This document shows, one piece after another, positions 1 to 13,746 of a stretch of 64,000 nt of DNA; within the stretch, counting starts at the first letter, position 1, and each line of letters begins with the position of its first letter. The notes under the pieces are model-generated. The model was not told the origin of the DNA and ran no database searches. It saw nothing but the letters and a program-made list of their open reading frames with translations. This DNA comes from Eledone cirrhosa (taxonomy: Eukaryota), in assembly GCA_964016885.1 (NCBI GenBank), contig OZ024740.1:324880001-324944000 (forward strand), read 5' to 3'. A program made the position numbers and the translations under genes.

Positions 1-227
1 ATCTAAGCTGGAATCACTTAACGTGCAACTGGTTCCCATCAAATGAACCCCAGATGTAATCCTCACGAGTTTAACGTTCACATAACGATGCATAATTTAC
101 ACACGTTTGTCTGCGTGTTTTGTGTGAATGTCTTTATTTTTTTCATCACCTCCGTGTGTCTAATCACAGGGTTGGCTGAGCGCTTTTGATAAGGTATGTG
201 TATATCTATATATATTCCCTCTCCCTC

Positions 228-326
<99 letters not shown>

Positions 327-412
327 CACTGTATATATATGATATATGTGTGTGTGTGGGTGCGTGTGCGTGGGTGTGTTGAACAAAAGGTGAAATTTAG
401 TGCTTAATCAAC

Positions 413-477
<65 letters not shown>

Positions 478-489
478 TAGATAGATCGA

Positions 490-961
490 TGGCATGACAG
501 GGCTTGACTATTGGAGTCGATAAGAAAAGCTCAACATTCTCTCCAACGTCGCCGTGAGCGCTATATTATCTGCATGATATGGAAAATATTCCATCAGCTT
601 TGCCCAAATGATGTTGGCATCACCTTTAATTTACACCCAGGGTTTGGGCCCGGTGCTATCCGCCCACGACAAAAATCTCACTCGCATCTCATAACGACAG
701 TACGGCACAATTATTTTACCTCACTTGGCCCTGCTCTCTTTAACATTTCACCAAAACACATCAAAATAGAAACGGCAAATTCCTTCAAGAAATCCCGAAT
801 AAGACTCCTACACCCGGATATGCCTCCGTAAACAATAACTCTCTGCTCGAGTGGGCCATGGTGCCCAAACCCTGATTTATAAGACTTCGCCAGGTGGTGC
901 TATTAAGTTAAACATGGCCTGGGCCAATACTGACCGAAACCTATCAAAGTTATCAAAGTTA
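490..961 (+). mobile_element. 3' fragment of a CR1/L2-group LINE
   Basis: ORF 511-831 contains HSLQRRRERYIICMIWKI and GPALFNI.PK.I, typical of the post-RT C-terminus of CR1/L2-group ORF2. It ends in a short tandem tail (tatcaaagt)2 before (TA)n. Confidence 0.65.
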
Positions 962-974
962 TATATATAAATAA

Positions 975-1295
<321 letters not shown>

Positions 1296-1314
1296 TTTGT
1301 TGACAACCACCTTA

Positions 1315-1860
1315 AGACAACAACTACAACAACAACAACAACATCATGAACACCACAACCAACAACGACAACGACGATAATAACAGCAAAACACCGCCCA
1401 TATCGTCCGCACTGGCCGCATCAATTGTAGTGATATTACTACAACGAAAGCAACAACCACAGTAAACAGTTACAACAACAACAGCAACACCGACAACAAC
1501 AGCAAAAACACAGACCAGCGTCGTGTACATAGGCCGTAGCAGTCGTAGTGACTGTCTCACCCCGATGACAATAACAACGATAATACCACAGCAATAAAAG
1601 GAGTTCTGAGGTAGGTGGATACACAGAATTGCTGGCATCTATCACCATGAATATATATAGCAACAACAACAATAGTAACGGTAACAAACATTAACACCGT
1701 CCATCACCTACCCCGGTCGTCGTAGTAGTGGTGGTATCATTGATATTAGTATCAAGTCAATGGCAGTGAGCATCCGTTATCCGGGAGCCAGACAGTGGTA
1801 ACACCCATAACAATAACAACAACACCAGTGATGAGCCCACCACGGTGACGGTGGCAACAA
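1315..1860. repeat. Degenerate (AAC)n-rich simple repeat
   Basis: Many aac/aat/agc triplet runs, which produce the Leu/Val/Cys-rich spurious ORFs. Confidence 0.8.
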
Positions 1861-2424
1861 GAAAAGGCCTCGCTTCCATCCAAAGGCACAAGGCCAGCAG
1901 TAAATACATTGCAGAGAAAAACAAACTAACCACAATAGTAGTCCGTTGAAACAAGGAAGCGAAAAATGGAACAGAAATATAGATGGATATTTATATATAT
2001 AAAGTTAATACAGTCCTCTCTATCACTCTAAGGCACAAGGCTAGCAATAATTACAGTGCAGAAAAACAACTAACCACAATAGCATTCAGTTGTAAGTACA
2101 GTGGCATCAATACTTTTAAAAGGGCTGCTTAACTATGGAAAAGAGCTTCGGGAAGCGAAAGTAGGGACAGAAACATACAGATAAGAATTCGAGAACACAT
2201 ATAGAGAACATAATAATAAAAGAACGAGACAAATATACATAAAAACAACAGTAGGTAAACAAGCAGAGAATAAAGAACAAGGGATATGAAACATGTACAC
2301 ACAGAGACTCCATGTGTGCAAACAAGTTATCGAGGGTTCGCCTGACGCTGGGGTTGTAGTGTGGCCACGCCCAGCGCCTGCGATCAAGCTTGCAATAGTC
2401 CTTAACTACTACAACTATGTTGTT

Positions 2425-4660
2425 AGTCCGTACAGTTTGAGGAAGTTTCCAGATGATCTGTGGAGGCAGGTGCTGAAGAGGTTACTCCTTTTATTGATAA
2501 CTCGAGCTCCCCTCTCGATTATTTCCATAATCTCTGTGACACACAAATCGCATGAGTCATGTCCACCCCCTCTCTAGAGTTGGCATGAGGCTACCTTGGA
2601 CCACAACAAGGTGTATTCTAAGTTATCATGTTTGAGATGCCACACCAGATCTGAGAGAGCGATGCTGTATTTCTTATCAACTCTCTTAAAGGTGTGACAG
2701 TGATTGTACTAGCGTCCCTTACATTCATTAGCCGTGGCTCCGATATAGGTGAAGGTTTGGTTGTTGGCACTCACCCTACATTCATATACTAAGCCACTGC
2801 TAAGGCACTTGCCTTCCAGTGGGCAGATACTGGGGTTTCTACAGTTATAGCTCGGAGGGGTGTTGCCGCCCGGATCTCCGGATCGCGTTGTATGATTCCC
2901 CGGTCGTTCACGGTTCAAGATGTTACCAACAGAGGAAGAGGCATTTGCGTGGCGCGCCTCCTCACGGTTGTTGCCTCCTCTGGAGTTGCGGACGTTTTTC
3001 AATCTACTTCGGTTTAAGACTTCCATATTTTGCGCTAGGTTTCTAGTTGTGGTGTAGGTCAATTTAATAGTGTGCCTGTTGAAAATGGCGTGGTACCGGT
3101 GCTGCTTATGGAAGCGCCTATCCAAAGTCCTGAAGAAAGAGGCCGCTAGGTTGTGGCGTAGACCAGCGCAGAAGGGTGGGGGGTTAAACCAAATGACATT
3201 ACGGGAACGGGTTCGCTTCCTGTTCTAGTCATCAGTCCCTGTACTCGTTCCGTCAGGATATGTGTTACGTAGTCGCTGTGGACGTCTGGAAGGGCCATGC
3301 CCCCCCAATTCGTCGTTGCCCGTTCGGTTGTTATTGCCGATCGGAGCACCCGAACTGAGTGGTCTCCATTCGTAGCGAGGGAGAGGGTTCGTACCTTCCA
3401 TTCCCCCACCCCCCCACACACACACACATGTACCGCGCGTCGCTACAGCGTCAGCTTCCTCGTAGGTGAAGTCCGGTCCCTTCTTAAAAAGCCATGGTTA
3501 GCAGTTCCTCCAGGATTACTCTGTAGTGTAATATCAGGGATGAGTAATGAAGTCCTAGTCGTGTTGGCCCCGTCGTTGTTTCCTTCCGAAATGTTACTGT
3601 CAGCGGTAACGTTATTCATTAGATTGGGTATAAACTTAATTTTCTCCTTGTAACCTGCATTATTTAGGGCATTATTATAATAGCTAGCTACGGCATTGAA
3701 GGTTTCCTGGCTAGCTGACAGAGAAGAAATCCTACGGGATACGCTATTTACTATGGCCCTCCTGACTGACCCGGGATGGTTGGCATTTACGTACTTGAGG
3801 CATCGTCGCGGTATAATCCACATCCTAACGTTGGTATCTCGCTTTTCAGGTTCCTGAGGATGTAGAGGCCCACCAGGTCAGTAACCTGCGCCGAGTCGCT
3901 AGATCCCATCGTGATGTCAAATTTTCCGGCCACTCTCTCCTAGTCCAGAGCTCACCGTCGAAACCTATCAGCGTCTTCCTGGCAATATGACTGATGTTAA
4001 TTTCATCCCAGGTTAAATCTGTATGGCTGCGTGCAAACATAAGTGCCTTGTTAAGCACCACCGGGGAGATAGATGCATAATAGTTATATATATCTAACTG
4101 TATAAAATTTGTCCTACCTTTGTCCTGCAGGCCGTTAAACCACTCGATCACATCCCCCGTTCTGGACCATTGCTGTAATTTGATCTTTTTTTTTAAGTGT
4201 TGGTATGATTCTGTCCAGTATTCTTTTGCTTATACACCCGATGTCAGACTTTGATGGTACTATAAGTCTGACTGGGAGTTCAGTTCCGAAGTTTGGTTTG
4301 TGATCCTACGGCGTTCTCTGAGTTGGTAAGGTCCGGCTCTATCCGCAATGCTAAGTTTATTTACTATTCTATTAGTCCGCTCGTTAATGTCGTCAAGGTT
4401 AGCCTGTGTAATTTTCCTGTAATTCTTTCTAAGTTCCTTAAGTATTACTCTTCTATATGTTGCTGCGTCCATGTTGTAGAGGTTACCCGTTTTATCCGCA
4501 TGAACGAGAATTCCGTCCGAGCGTTTTAGTGTATAAATTCTATTCGCTAGTTTCCTGAGGTGAGGCTGCTCCTTAGATGGGAACCTATTGAATTTGACGC
4601 CCGAAATCTCTTTCTCAAAACCCTCCATAAGGGAATGTCCTTCAGGGACTCGGAGATGTT
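2425..4660 (-). pseudogene. Decayed Penelope-like element ORF (RT plus C-terminal GIY-YIG endonuclease), Hydra-type linker
   Basis: Manual translation across frameshifts gives ILVHADKTGNLYNM, PSKSDIGCISKRILD, FIQLDIYNYYASI, FDITMGSSDSAQVTDLVGLYIL, GLYRDD (3802-3813), RSRNVIWFNPPPF, IFNRHTIKLTY, (Y)NCRNPSICPLEGKC, LVYECRV...TYIGAT, R*YNH, ALSDLVWHLK, CDLCVTE and INKRSNLFSTCLH. It carries in-frame TAG stops and an internal deletion just after YRDD. Confidence 0.92.
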
Positions 4661-4723
4661 AAAAGATTGCATCATATTTTCAGCTGCTTAGTCTCAAAGT
4701 GCTCAACAGTGCTGGATCTATAT

Positions 4724-5130
4724 GTGTTCAGAGAGATTGTTTTGGTAAAAACAGGAGTAAGCAGGAGAAAGCTCTCAGCAATCGTAGTTTTTAGTTGCGA
4801 TGGAGAATGTTATAAAAATAAGATGCTGAGGTTACATATATCGTTTAATTATTATAATTATTTCCACGGTTCTCCATGCAATCTAGATGTCCCTCATGTA
4901 CGGTATCCTCAGGTGATAACCGATATGTTTGATATCTCGCTGGCAGGAAAAAGACACACGCCCTATTGTTTGTGTGCCCAGCAGACATATGAGTTCCTTG
5001 AAGGATTTGCCAGCCGTCTTGATTGCTAGAAAAAGCTATCAACGAAAAAAACGAAAAGGCTGTGTGTAGCCAAAACCCAGTAGACAGGGGAAGCAATAAA
5101 TGGAGCTCTGAGATAGGGTGGGATATATAC
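4724..5130 (-). mobile_element. PLE pseudo-LTR-like dispersed repeat with a degenerate hammerhead (about 4849-4916)
   Basis: Homologous to 28190-28475. The minus strand reads tcac-CTGAGGA-...gagaaccgtg-GAAA-taatta-TA-ataa, with stem I mutated relative to the 28.3 kb copy. Confidence 0.6.
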
Positions 5131-5149
5131 ATATATATATATATAAATA

Positions 5150-6400
5150 ATAAAAAATTACAGTATCGTAAAAGAGGATAGAAAGAGGAGGTATAAAGAG
5201 GTGCGATACAGAGTATTACATGCCAAAAGCGGGTGTTCGACGGTTGGGTTATCAGAGTTAAATATTAGAGAAGGTTAATATCTAGTGTACAAGGATAAGC
5301 ACAGCGGTAATAGGCAAAATGAATAATGAAAAAGTTACAAGCCATTAAAACATATCTTTATAAAGCTCTTACATATGTTTCGCCCAATGGGGATCGTCAG
5401 ATGCAAAGGCAAAGTTTTTAATTAAATACCCTATACGAGTAGAATAATACTTTAACATCAGAATGCATATTATATATATGTTGTTAAGTATAGAAAAATG
5501 GTGGAAAGATATTTGAATGCTAAGGTAGGTAATTGCCGGTGCTAGTGTAATGTTACTTGTCAAACTAATGACGGCTACCGGCATAGTAAGTAATTTTATT
5601 TATTATTTAAAGGGAGTTAACGTAAGTATGGTTAGTCGACTCAATGTAATGAGGCGGTGTTAAGGTGTGAGTATGAAAGGTAAAGTCACTTTAGATGGAA
5701 TTTGTATAATTATATGATCAGTTGTCTAAGAAGTTGCTTGGGTATAAGAGGCGGTTATGTAAAATTACCCAAAGATCTGTCTGGTAGTGTGGAAGAATAT
5801 AGCGGGGTAAGCCCAGCTGAATATATGTAGTGCAGCTTCCTGGGGGGAGAAAAGAAAGTGGATGATGGTGTTGTTCCATGTTGTTTAATGTTTAAGTCCA
5901 CCGCCCGTAAGTCGGGCGAGGGCATGGTGTTGAGGGTCTCAGGTGTTATGGTGGTTATGTGGTTGTTGGGGTCAATCTATAGAAAGATTGTTGTCGTCTA
6001 TGGCCGCAATTCATGAGTTTCAGCCCGACTATTTATGAGGTCCTGGGGTGCTTGCACTATATAGTATAGTGCCATTAGGCAGAGTTGGCAGCTTTTTAAA
6101 AAATTGTATGGTGTTGCTTGGTTCACTATTTCCTAATGAGTGGTGAAGCTAATGTTAGAGTCATTTAACTGGGTGATATCGTTATCGAGAGAGGTAGCGT
6201 ATCTAAGCTTCTTATTCCTAAAAGAGTGGAGATGTGCTCGAAATCTGGTCTTGAACGTTCCAGAGGTAGCTCCTATGTAAGACAACACTATTATGATTAG
6301 TAATCGTACATCTATAGATAACATTTTTAGTCAGGCAGTAGCCTAGGAGTGGAGAGTTTGCGGGGTTACGACAATTCCAATGTTTATTACGGTCAATATA
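5150..6400 (-). mobile_element. 5'-truncated Penelope-like element (GIY-YIG remnant plus 3' UTR/pLTR)
   Basis: The minus strand gives CRNPANSPLLGYCLTKNVIYRC and then, after a frameshift, SYIGATSGTFKTRFRAHLHSF. A hammerhead-like core lies downstream, and (TA)n flanks both sides. Confidence 0.82.
5365..5405 (-). ncRNA. Minimal type-I hammerhead motif (degenerate stem I)
   Basis: Reads gcat-CTGACGA-t-ccccattgggc-GAAA-catatg-TA-agagc, with palindromic stem III acatatgt and a GUA site. Stem I pairs poorly. Confidence 0.55.
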
Positions 6401-6468
6401 TATTTATATATATATGTATATATAATATATACTTACACAATTTGATTCTTTGTGGATCACCTAAAACT

Positions 6469-6686
6469 GTAGTAGAGTGGGTAATAGGAAAAAGTATGAC
6501 CCCGACGGCAGAGCTCAAGCTGTTTCCACGGCTATTTCTAGACTTCTGAGTCTAGAAATAGCCGTCGAAACGGCTTGAGCTCTGCCGTCGGAGTCATACT
6601 TTTTCCTATTACCAACTCTACTACCATAAGTATTGAGTACTCTGGGGCGTTATGGTCCATCTGGTTCTTTACCACAATTCCTTCCT
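6469..6686 (+). mobile_element. Fold-back mini-element, family A (76-bp arms 6469-6544 / 6549-6624 plus a unique 3' tail)
   Basis: Near-perfect inverted repeat followed by (TA)n. Relatives occur at 25145-25322, 29290-29488 and 38530-38720. Confidence 0.85.
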
Positions 6687-6956
6687 TATATATATATATA
6701 TACGCACGCACAAACTTACACACATATATATATAACTATATGTGTGTGTGTATATCTCTCTGTATGTGAGTGCGTGTGTAAATATATAATTATATATATG
6801 TATATATAATATAAACTTAAATGAAGAAGAAGCTTGATCTGTATGTATGTATATGCATATATTATATGTATGTGTATGTGTATAACAATTTCCAGTTCAT
6901 ATTCATCGGCATATATATATATAGCCTCTTTGGATTTTAGTCTTCACATTTATTAT

Positions 6957-6998
<42 letters not shown>

Positions 6999-7040
6999 AC
7001 ACGCACACATACATACATATATACATACATATATACATAT

Positions 7041-7084
<44 letters not shown>

Positions 7085-7144
7085 ATACATATATACATAC
7101 ATATATATATATATACACACACACACACATACATATATACATAC

Positions 7145-7225
<81 letters not shown>

Positions 7226-7248
7226 TACATACATATATACATACGTAT

Positions 7249-7303
<55 letters not shown>

Positions 7304-7306
<3 letters not shown>

Positions 7307-8007
7307 ATTCATCTGAATTATTGAGCCCTCTGCCGCTCATATCGAATTTCGTTTATCGTGAACTCGTGCGCCGATTTTTCGATACTCGATCTTTCTAATA
7401 TATTTAGCTCTGGACATAGCTATCCACCAGTTAATTTTATTGCTCATTTTTTGTCGATTCTATTGAGTGATGAATAGCTTTTGTTTTATTTTAACATGTC
7501 TATTGAGCACTCTAATTCGATATGTGTATTTCCACATTCACTCGAATTGTTTTCGCGGATATAGGGGTCATCTCCCTTGTCTAATGCCATGTGCGTTTTT
7601 CACTGGTAGTTGGCTCCTCTGCCGCCAGGAAAAAACTCGTTGATAACGTAAACCTCCGTTCCACTTGCTCTAGTAGGCTTTTATATTTATATGTGAGCTG
7701 ATAGAGTACAGTCTAAGGATTTACAGAAACCCATGAAGCTAGATTTAACACCTGTCTAGTGGGTCCGGGTATGATTTTACATTCATTTAAATTATTGACG
7801 TATTGTTTTATTGATATTTTTTATCTGTTTGTCCCGAATCTTCCTTTATCGATTTTAAATCGTATGGTTGATTGTAGACTTGTTCTATATGTGACGGTAT
7901 TTTAACGATAGTTATAGCTCTGATTCATCTGAATTATTGAGCCCTCTGCCGCTCATATCGAATTTCGTTTATCGTGAACTCGTGCGCCGATTTTTCGATA
8001 CTCGATC

Positions 8008-8017
<10 letters not shown>
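7304..8017. repeat. About 97-bp direct repeat (7304-7400, 7921-8017) flanking about 520 bp, between (TA)n arrays
   Basis: tgattcatctgaattattgagccctctgccgctc...gatctttctaatatat occurs twice, apparently identically. Confidence 0.9.
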
Positions 8018-8046
<29 letters not shown>

Positions 8047-8051
<5 letters not shown>

Positions 8052-8242
8052 GGTATCTGAAGTTTCGTTGGGTTCTGAACCCCATCTCATTCAGCCTGTC
8101 ATGAGAGCTGAATGAGTTGACATCCAGAAACCAACGAAACTTAAGTACCTCTTTATGTCACTGTCGTAATTATTTATACTAAACTCGTCCTATGGACTGA
8201 GTGCTCTTACTCTTGGATATTTCTACCAAACTTTTACTACAG

Positions 8243-8243
<1 letters not shown>
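8047..8243 (+). mobile_element. Fold-back mini-element containing a hammerhead 3' half
   Basis: Imperfect hairpin aggtatctgaagtttcgttgg...ccaacGAAActtaagTAcct, with palindromic stem III acttaagt. It is flanked by (TA)n. Confidence 0.6.
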
Positions 8244-8339
<96 letters not shown>

Positions 8340-8393
8340 CTGTGTAGATGTGGATGTGTATGTGCGTGTGCTCGCATGGTTACATACATATAA

Positions 8394-8432
<39 letters not shown>

Positions 8433-8485
8433 TATATAACCACGCATATATATATGTATATACGCATATATGTATGTAACCACGC

Positions 8486-8556
<71 letters not shown>

Positions 8557-8607
8557 ACCACGCATATATATATGTATATACGCATATATGTATGTAACCA
8601 CGCATAT

Positions 8608-8671
<64 letters not shown>

Positions 8672-8815
8672 AATTGACGGACCCAGCCTATTTATCAATG
8701 CCAGTACCAGTTGTCTCTCAGCGTACTCCATGGGCAATGTAAGATACATTCCCAGAGTATACACATAGTTATTTGCTTCAATACAACACATGTAAAACGG
8801 GTGCCTATAATGGTT

Positions 8816-8926
8816 CCCGGACTCGAGTTTCGGCCACACTTAATGCAGCATTAAGGTGCACTGAACCCTCTGTTTGCATATATTATGCAACAATGCACAA
8901 TCGGCTTATGCGGCTTCATCAGCGGA
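8816..8926 (-). ncRNA. Type-I hammerhead ribozyme with a large branched stem II
   Basis: Reads tccg-CTGATGA-a-gccgca...tgtggc-c-GAAA-ctcgag-TC-cggg. The core is intact, the site is GUC and stem III actcgagt is palindromic. It lies inside a (TA)n-flanked element 8669-9030 whose 3' part recurs inverted at 18241-18400. Confidence 0.85.
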
Positions 8927-9027
8927 TATCGCCTAATCAATAACCAATCGATCGACAGAATCCAAACACCAGCCCATGTCTGTCATGACTGTTTGTGACA
9001 ACTGACACGGTAAAGCGACTAGCAACT

Positions 9028-9109
<82 letters not shown>

Positions 9110-9655
9110 CGATAATATTGCTTTTTGCTAAACTCCTTATTGTAGAGTTTTTTTCGGAATGTTTTTGACTGTTGTTTCTTGTAAACAAACATTCGTCTCA
9201 TTCTGACGTCACTAGCCATGTCTTTCCTCATGTGCGTTTTTCATAATCACGCATGATGGTGAACTAGCCTGTTTTAAAATTCCCTTTTCGGCATATTAAT
9301 CTGTGAGAATCCTGGTTATCGAGTTGAGCTCTGCTGAGGATTGAATTCCAACCGTGACCATCTCAACTGAAAGTTTTCATGAAATAGTCTTTAAGACTAT
9401 ACAGAGCATTTGAAGTTTTTCCAAATTGAAGAATGAGTATTTTAAACTTTATTTTATCATGAGTTAAGGCTCTATTGATTTTTCCCTGGATTTCACTAAA
9501 TTTGTGGATGAATTTATATCCTGATTCTCTTTGAGATGAGTTTGAATTATTTTTCCCACATCTTACGTTAACTATTTTTCCTATTTTGACGCTATAGTCA
9601 CTTATATATTATGGAGTGCTGTTAGCTTTTCGCTGCAGTGTTTTCTATACCTTTC

Positions 9656-9755
<100 letters not shown>

Positions 9756-9960
9756 TTATACATGTATGAGTGCAATATATGAATTTAATGCGATACGATT
9801 AGTGTTTAGATCAGCATGTAGATGTGTAGTTAAATAGGTAGGCAGGTGTGTCGGTATGTAGGGCAGGAAATAAAGAGGCAGGTACGAAAGATGTTAGAAA
9901 GGTGAGTAGGTATATATATACATGGATAGGTAGATGGGTTGGCTTATATATATATATATA

Positions 9961-10068
<108 letters not shown>

Positions 10069-10075
10069 ATGTATT

Positions 10076-10120
<45 letters not shown>

Positions 10121-10652
10121 GAACAATTTTCATCATATACACACATTCACTCACACACACATATCCCAATTTCGGCCTCCTGTTTTAAAGAAAATAAATA
10201 CACACACACGCGCGCAATCATATATCTATACATTTCAGACTTTCAACCATCTGGCAGGAAGGTATACGATGCTGACGATAGCTAATAAGCTTGAAACTAG
10301 TACATCGTTCCTGTGTCAGTGTTGAACAAAAAGGTGACGTGGTTGCATAAATACTGTACGGCGTAATTCGGGCTGTTTGTTTGTTTACAAACAAACAAAC
10401 CGAGCATTATAATAAATGTGCGGTAAACCGATACGTGCATATATATATGTCTGCATGTATGTATATATATATACATACTACTGTACGTCTGTATACATAT
10501 ATGTATGTACGTATACACACATACATACTTACATTTAAGTAAGTGCCGTACTAAGAGTGAGAAATGAAATTTCGTTTCATTCTATTCCATTTATATATAT
10601 ATATAAGCAGGAACGAAGTCAAGAATGCAGCATAAACAAATTTTATTACTCG

Positions 10653-10689
<37 letters not shown>

Positions 10690-11236
10690 AATTGTGTGTG
10701 TGTGTGTGTGAGTGTGTGTGAGTGTGTTTGTGTTTGTGTGTGTTTGTGTATTAATAGTGAAGGCGCGTAGTTTATTACTTAGGATGTTCGACTCACGATC
10801 AGTTGTGAGTTTGATTTCCGGTGTTGCGTTATATTCCTTAATCACAACACTCTATTTCTCTCTACTCCAGTTCACTGCGCTAGCAAAATGCGTCGTACCT
10901 GTAATCCAATATGCAAGCCCTGTCACACAGTCTATCATGCTGAATCTCCCTGACAATTATGTTATGTGGATAATGTCTGGTAAACGCTCAGCCAGTTGCA
11001 CGTTGTTCTTTTTTCTAATATATAACACGCACACACATACATACACACATATGAATTAAATGAAATATATTTAACGGTATTAGAAGCAGTGAAGACATCT
11101 TGGTCAGCTTGATAGCTTATTGAATAAGCGGAATGCTTGAATAAATATTACTTGCTACCATGTATTGGAAATTATGTTATTCAAGGTAATAATAGCAATG
11201 TTTTTAAATAAGTACTACTACTACTACTACTAGTTA

Positions 11237-11622
11237 GGGGAAGGTCGATTAAGTCGACCCTACTGCATCACTTGTGCTTTATTTTATCGATCCCGTAAGG
11301 ATGAAAGGTAAAGCTAACCTCGACGGGATTTGAACTCAGAACGTAAAGTGCCATAATTCTATACCATACAGCATGTTGTCTGACGCTCTACTGATACTGC
11401 CAATCCACCGCCCTACTAATGGTAATAATAATAATAATTATTTCTACTTTTGGCACAAGGCCAGCAATTATCCCACTGTATTACGGGTACTTTATTTTAT
11501 CGACCCCGTAAGGATGAAAGGCAAAGTTAACCTCGGCGGAATTTGAACTCAGACCATAAAGGGCCATAACTCTATACGTCAAAGCATGGCGTCCGACTCT
11601 CTACCGACACTGCCAATCCACC
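11237..11622 (-). mobile_element. Two tandem copies of a tRNA-derived SINE (family S1)
   Basis: Each copy has a tRNA-like head with B-box (gagttcaaatcc) and the core ctttcatccttacggggtcgataaaataaagtacc, which resembles the Meta/MESC SINE domain. The second copy has the 3' end gccttgtgccaaaagtagaaa plus an (ATT)n tail. Confidence 0.85.
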
Positions 11623-12289
11623 AATAATAATAATAATTGTGGTCGTAATAATAATGGTAATGATAAGTAATATAGAACAATGGATAGGCCAATGGATAGA
11701 CCAATGTTAGACCGATGAATAGACCAATGTTAGACCAATGAATAGACCGATGAATGAACAAGCGATAGACTAATGGAAATAATTTCTTTGGTCTGATCTG
11801 ATGACTGGTGCCATTCTTCTCCATTCCATTTCATAAAATAGTTTAAAACCATGTCATTTATGTTCAGCTTATTCATTCACACTACTGAAAGCCACGGATG
11901 AATTTACATTAGTTCTAAACTAATTATTTGCTTGATAAATAATATAACGTGACACTGGTGCCATGCAAAGCAACAGTTTATTCGAGTCGTTAGCAAAGAA
12001 ACACGTGTTTTTTGTGTCCATTTTGTGTTGTTGTCTGACAAATAAAGAGACGAAGAATGGATAGGTTATCCATTGAGTTACAGCAAGTCTTCTACAAGAC
12101 CAATAAAATGGAATTGAGAATGAGAGGGCAGGCAGGGAAACAATGATAATATTTATAGGATTTTAAGGTGTGAATATGTGTGAAGAAGCCAGAAAGATGA
12201 TGCCATTTACATCCAGTTCCAAACCCACCTATACACAACACCCAATATATACACTTCACTATCACTCATTGTTTACGTATTATATATGC

Positions 12290-12339
<50 letters not shown>

Positions 12340-12739
12340 ATGATAATATGTATGTATGTGCACATACACATATGTACGTGTGTGTGTATGTATTACCAGC
12401 TTCCTTAATCCTTCCGTCGACATCTCGTTAAATATTCTTCTGATTCCCCTGCTATTTATTCTTTTATTCGCACTCCAAGACCCCCCCCCCCGATCCCTTC
12501 TCTCTCCCCCCTCTATATATCACTCTCTCTCTCTCTCTCTCTCACTCTCGATGATAATCTCCCTTTCTATCACATCCTCACTCTCTTATATACCCTCTTT
12601 CACACTTACCCCCACAAATTCACGTCTGTCTCTTCTCCTTCACCACCTCCACTCACTCTGCTTTTGTCCTTTTTAGTCTCTTTACTTTCTTTCACATCAC
12701 TTTACATCTCACTCATCTCACTCACCCTTAATCCACCTC

Positions 12740-12814
<75 letters not shown>

Positions 12815-12866
12815 TCAGTCAATCACTCCATCTGTCTATCTATTTATCTTCTCTCTCTCTTCCCCC

Positions 12867-12959
<93 letters not shown>

Positions 12960-13304
12960 TATAATGTGTGCGTGTGTGTGTATGTGTGTGTGTATGTGTG
13001 TATGTATCTACTTTCTAACAACACATCTCCCTACGTTTCTTTATATCAATCAATCTATCTATCTATTTATCTATCTACTATCTATACACACCTACGTATC
13101 TATATATCGACCAATCCATATATCTGTCTACCTACCAACCAATCCACCTACTCCTCTCTATGTATTCAATCAGTCAATTCATGTTCACAATACTGTAGAA
13201 GACACTGAACTGATGACTAAGTCTAAACACTTTACACTTAAGGTATTTGTTTGTATAACAATTCCAGCTAAGGTTCCCTCAACATCACATAGCCACTCCT
13301 TAAA

Positions 13305-13305
13305 G

Positions 13306-13357
<52 letters not shown>

Positions 13358-13365
13358 TCGCTTTC

Positions 13366-13441
<76 letters not shown>

Positions 13442-13449
13442 TCGCTTTC

Positions 13450-13493
<44 letters not shown>

Positions 13494-13505
13494 TCTCTTT
13501 CCCTT

Positions 13506-13565
<60 letters not shown>

Positions 13566-13677
13566 TCTCTTTCCGTTTCTCTCTCTCTCGCTCTCTCTCT
13601 CTCCTTCTCTTTTCCTTTCTCGCTCTTTCTCCCTTTCTCCCTTTCTCTCTCTTTATATATATATACAGAGAGTGAGC

Positions 13678-13746
<69 letters not shown>

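Noticed and set aside
2425-2760. Selenocysteine or read-through recoding of the PLE endonuclease
   Set aside because: The in-frame stops are TAG at likely Tyr positions, not TGA, and frameshifts and deletions elsewhere show ordinary decay.
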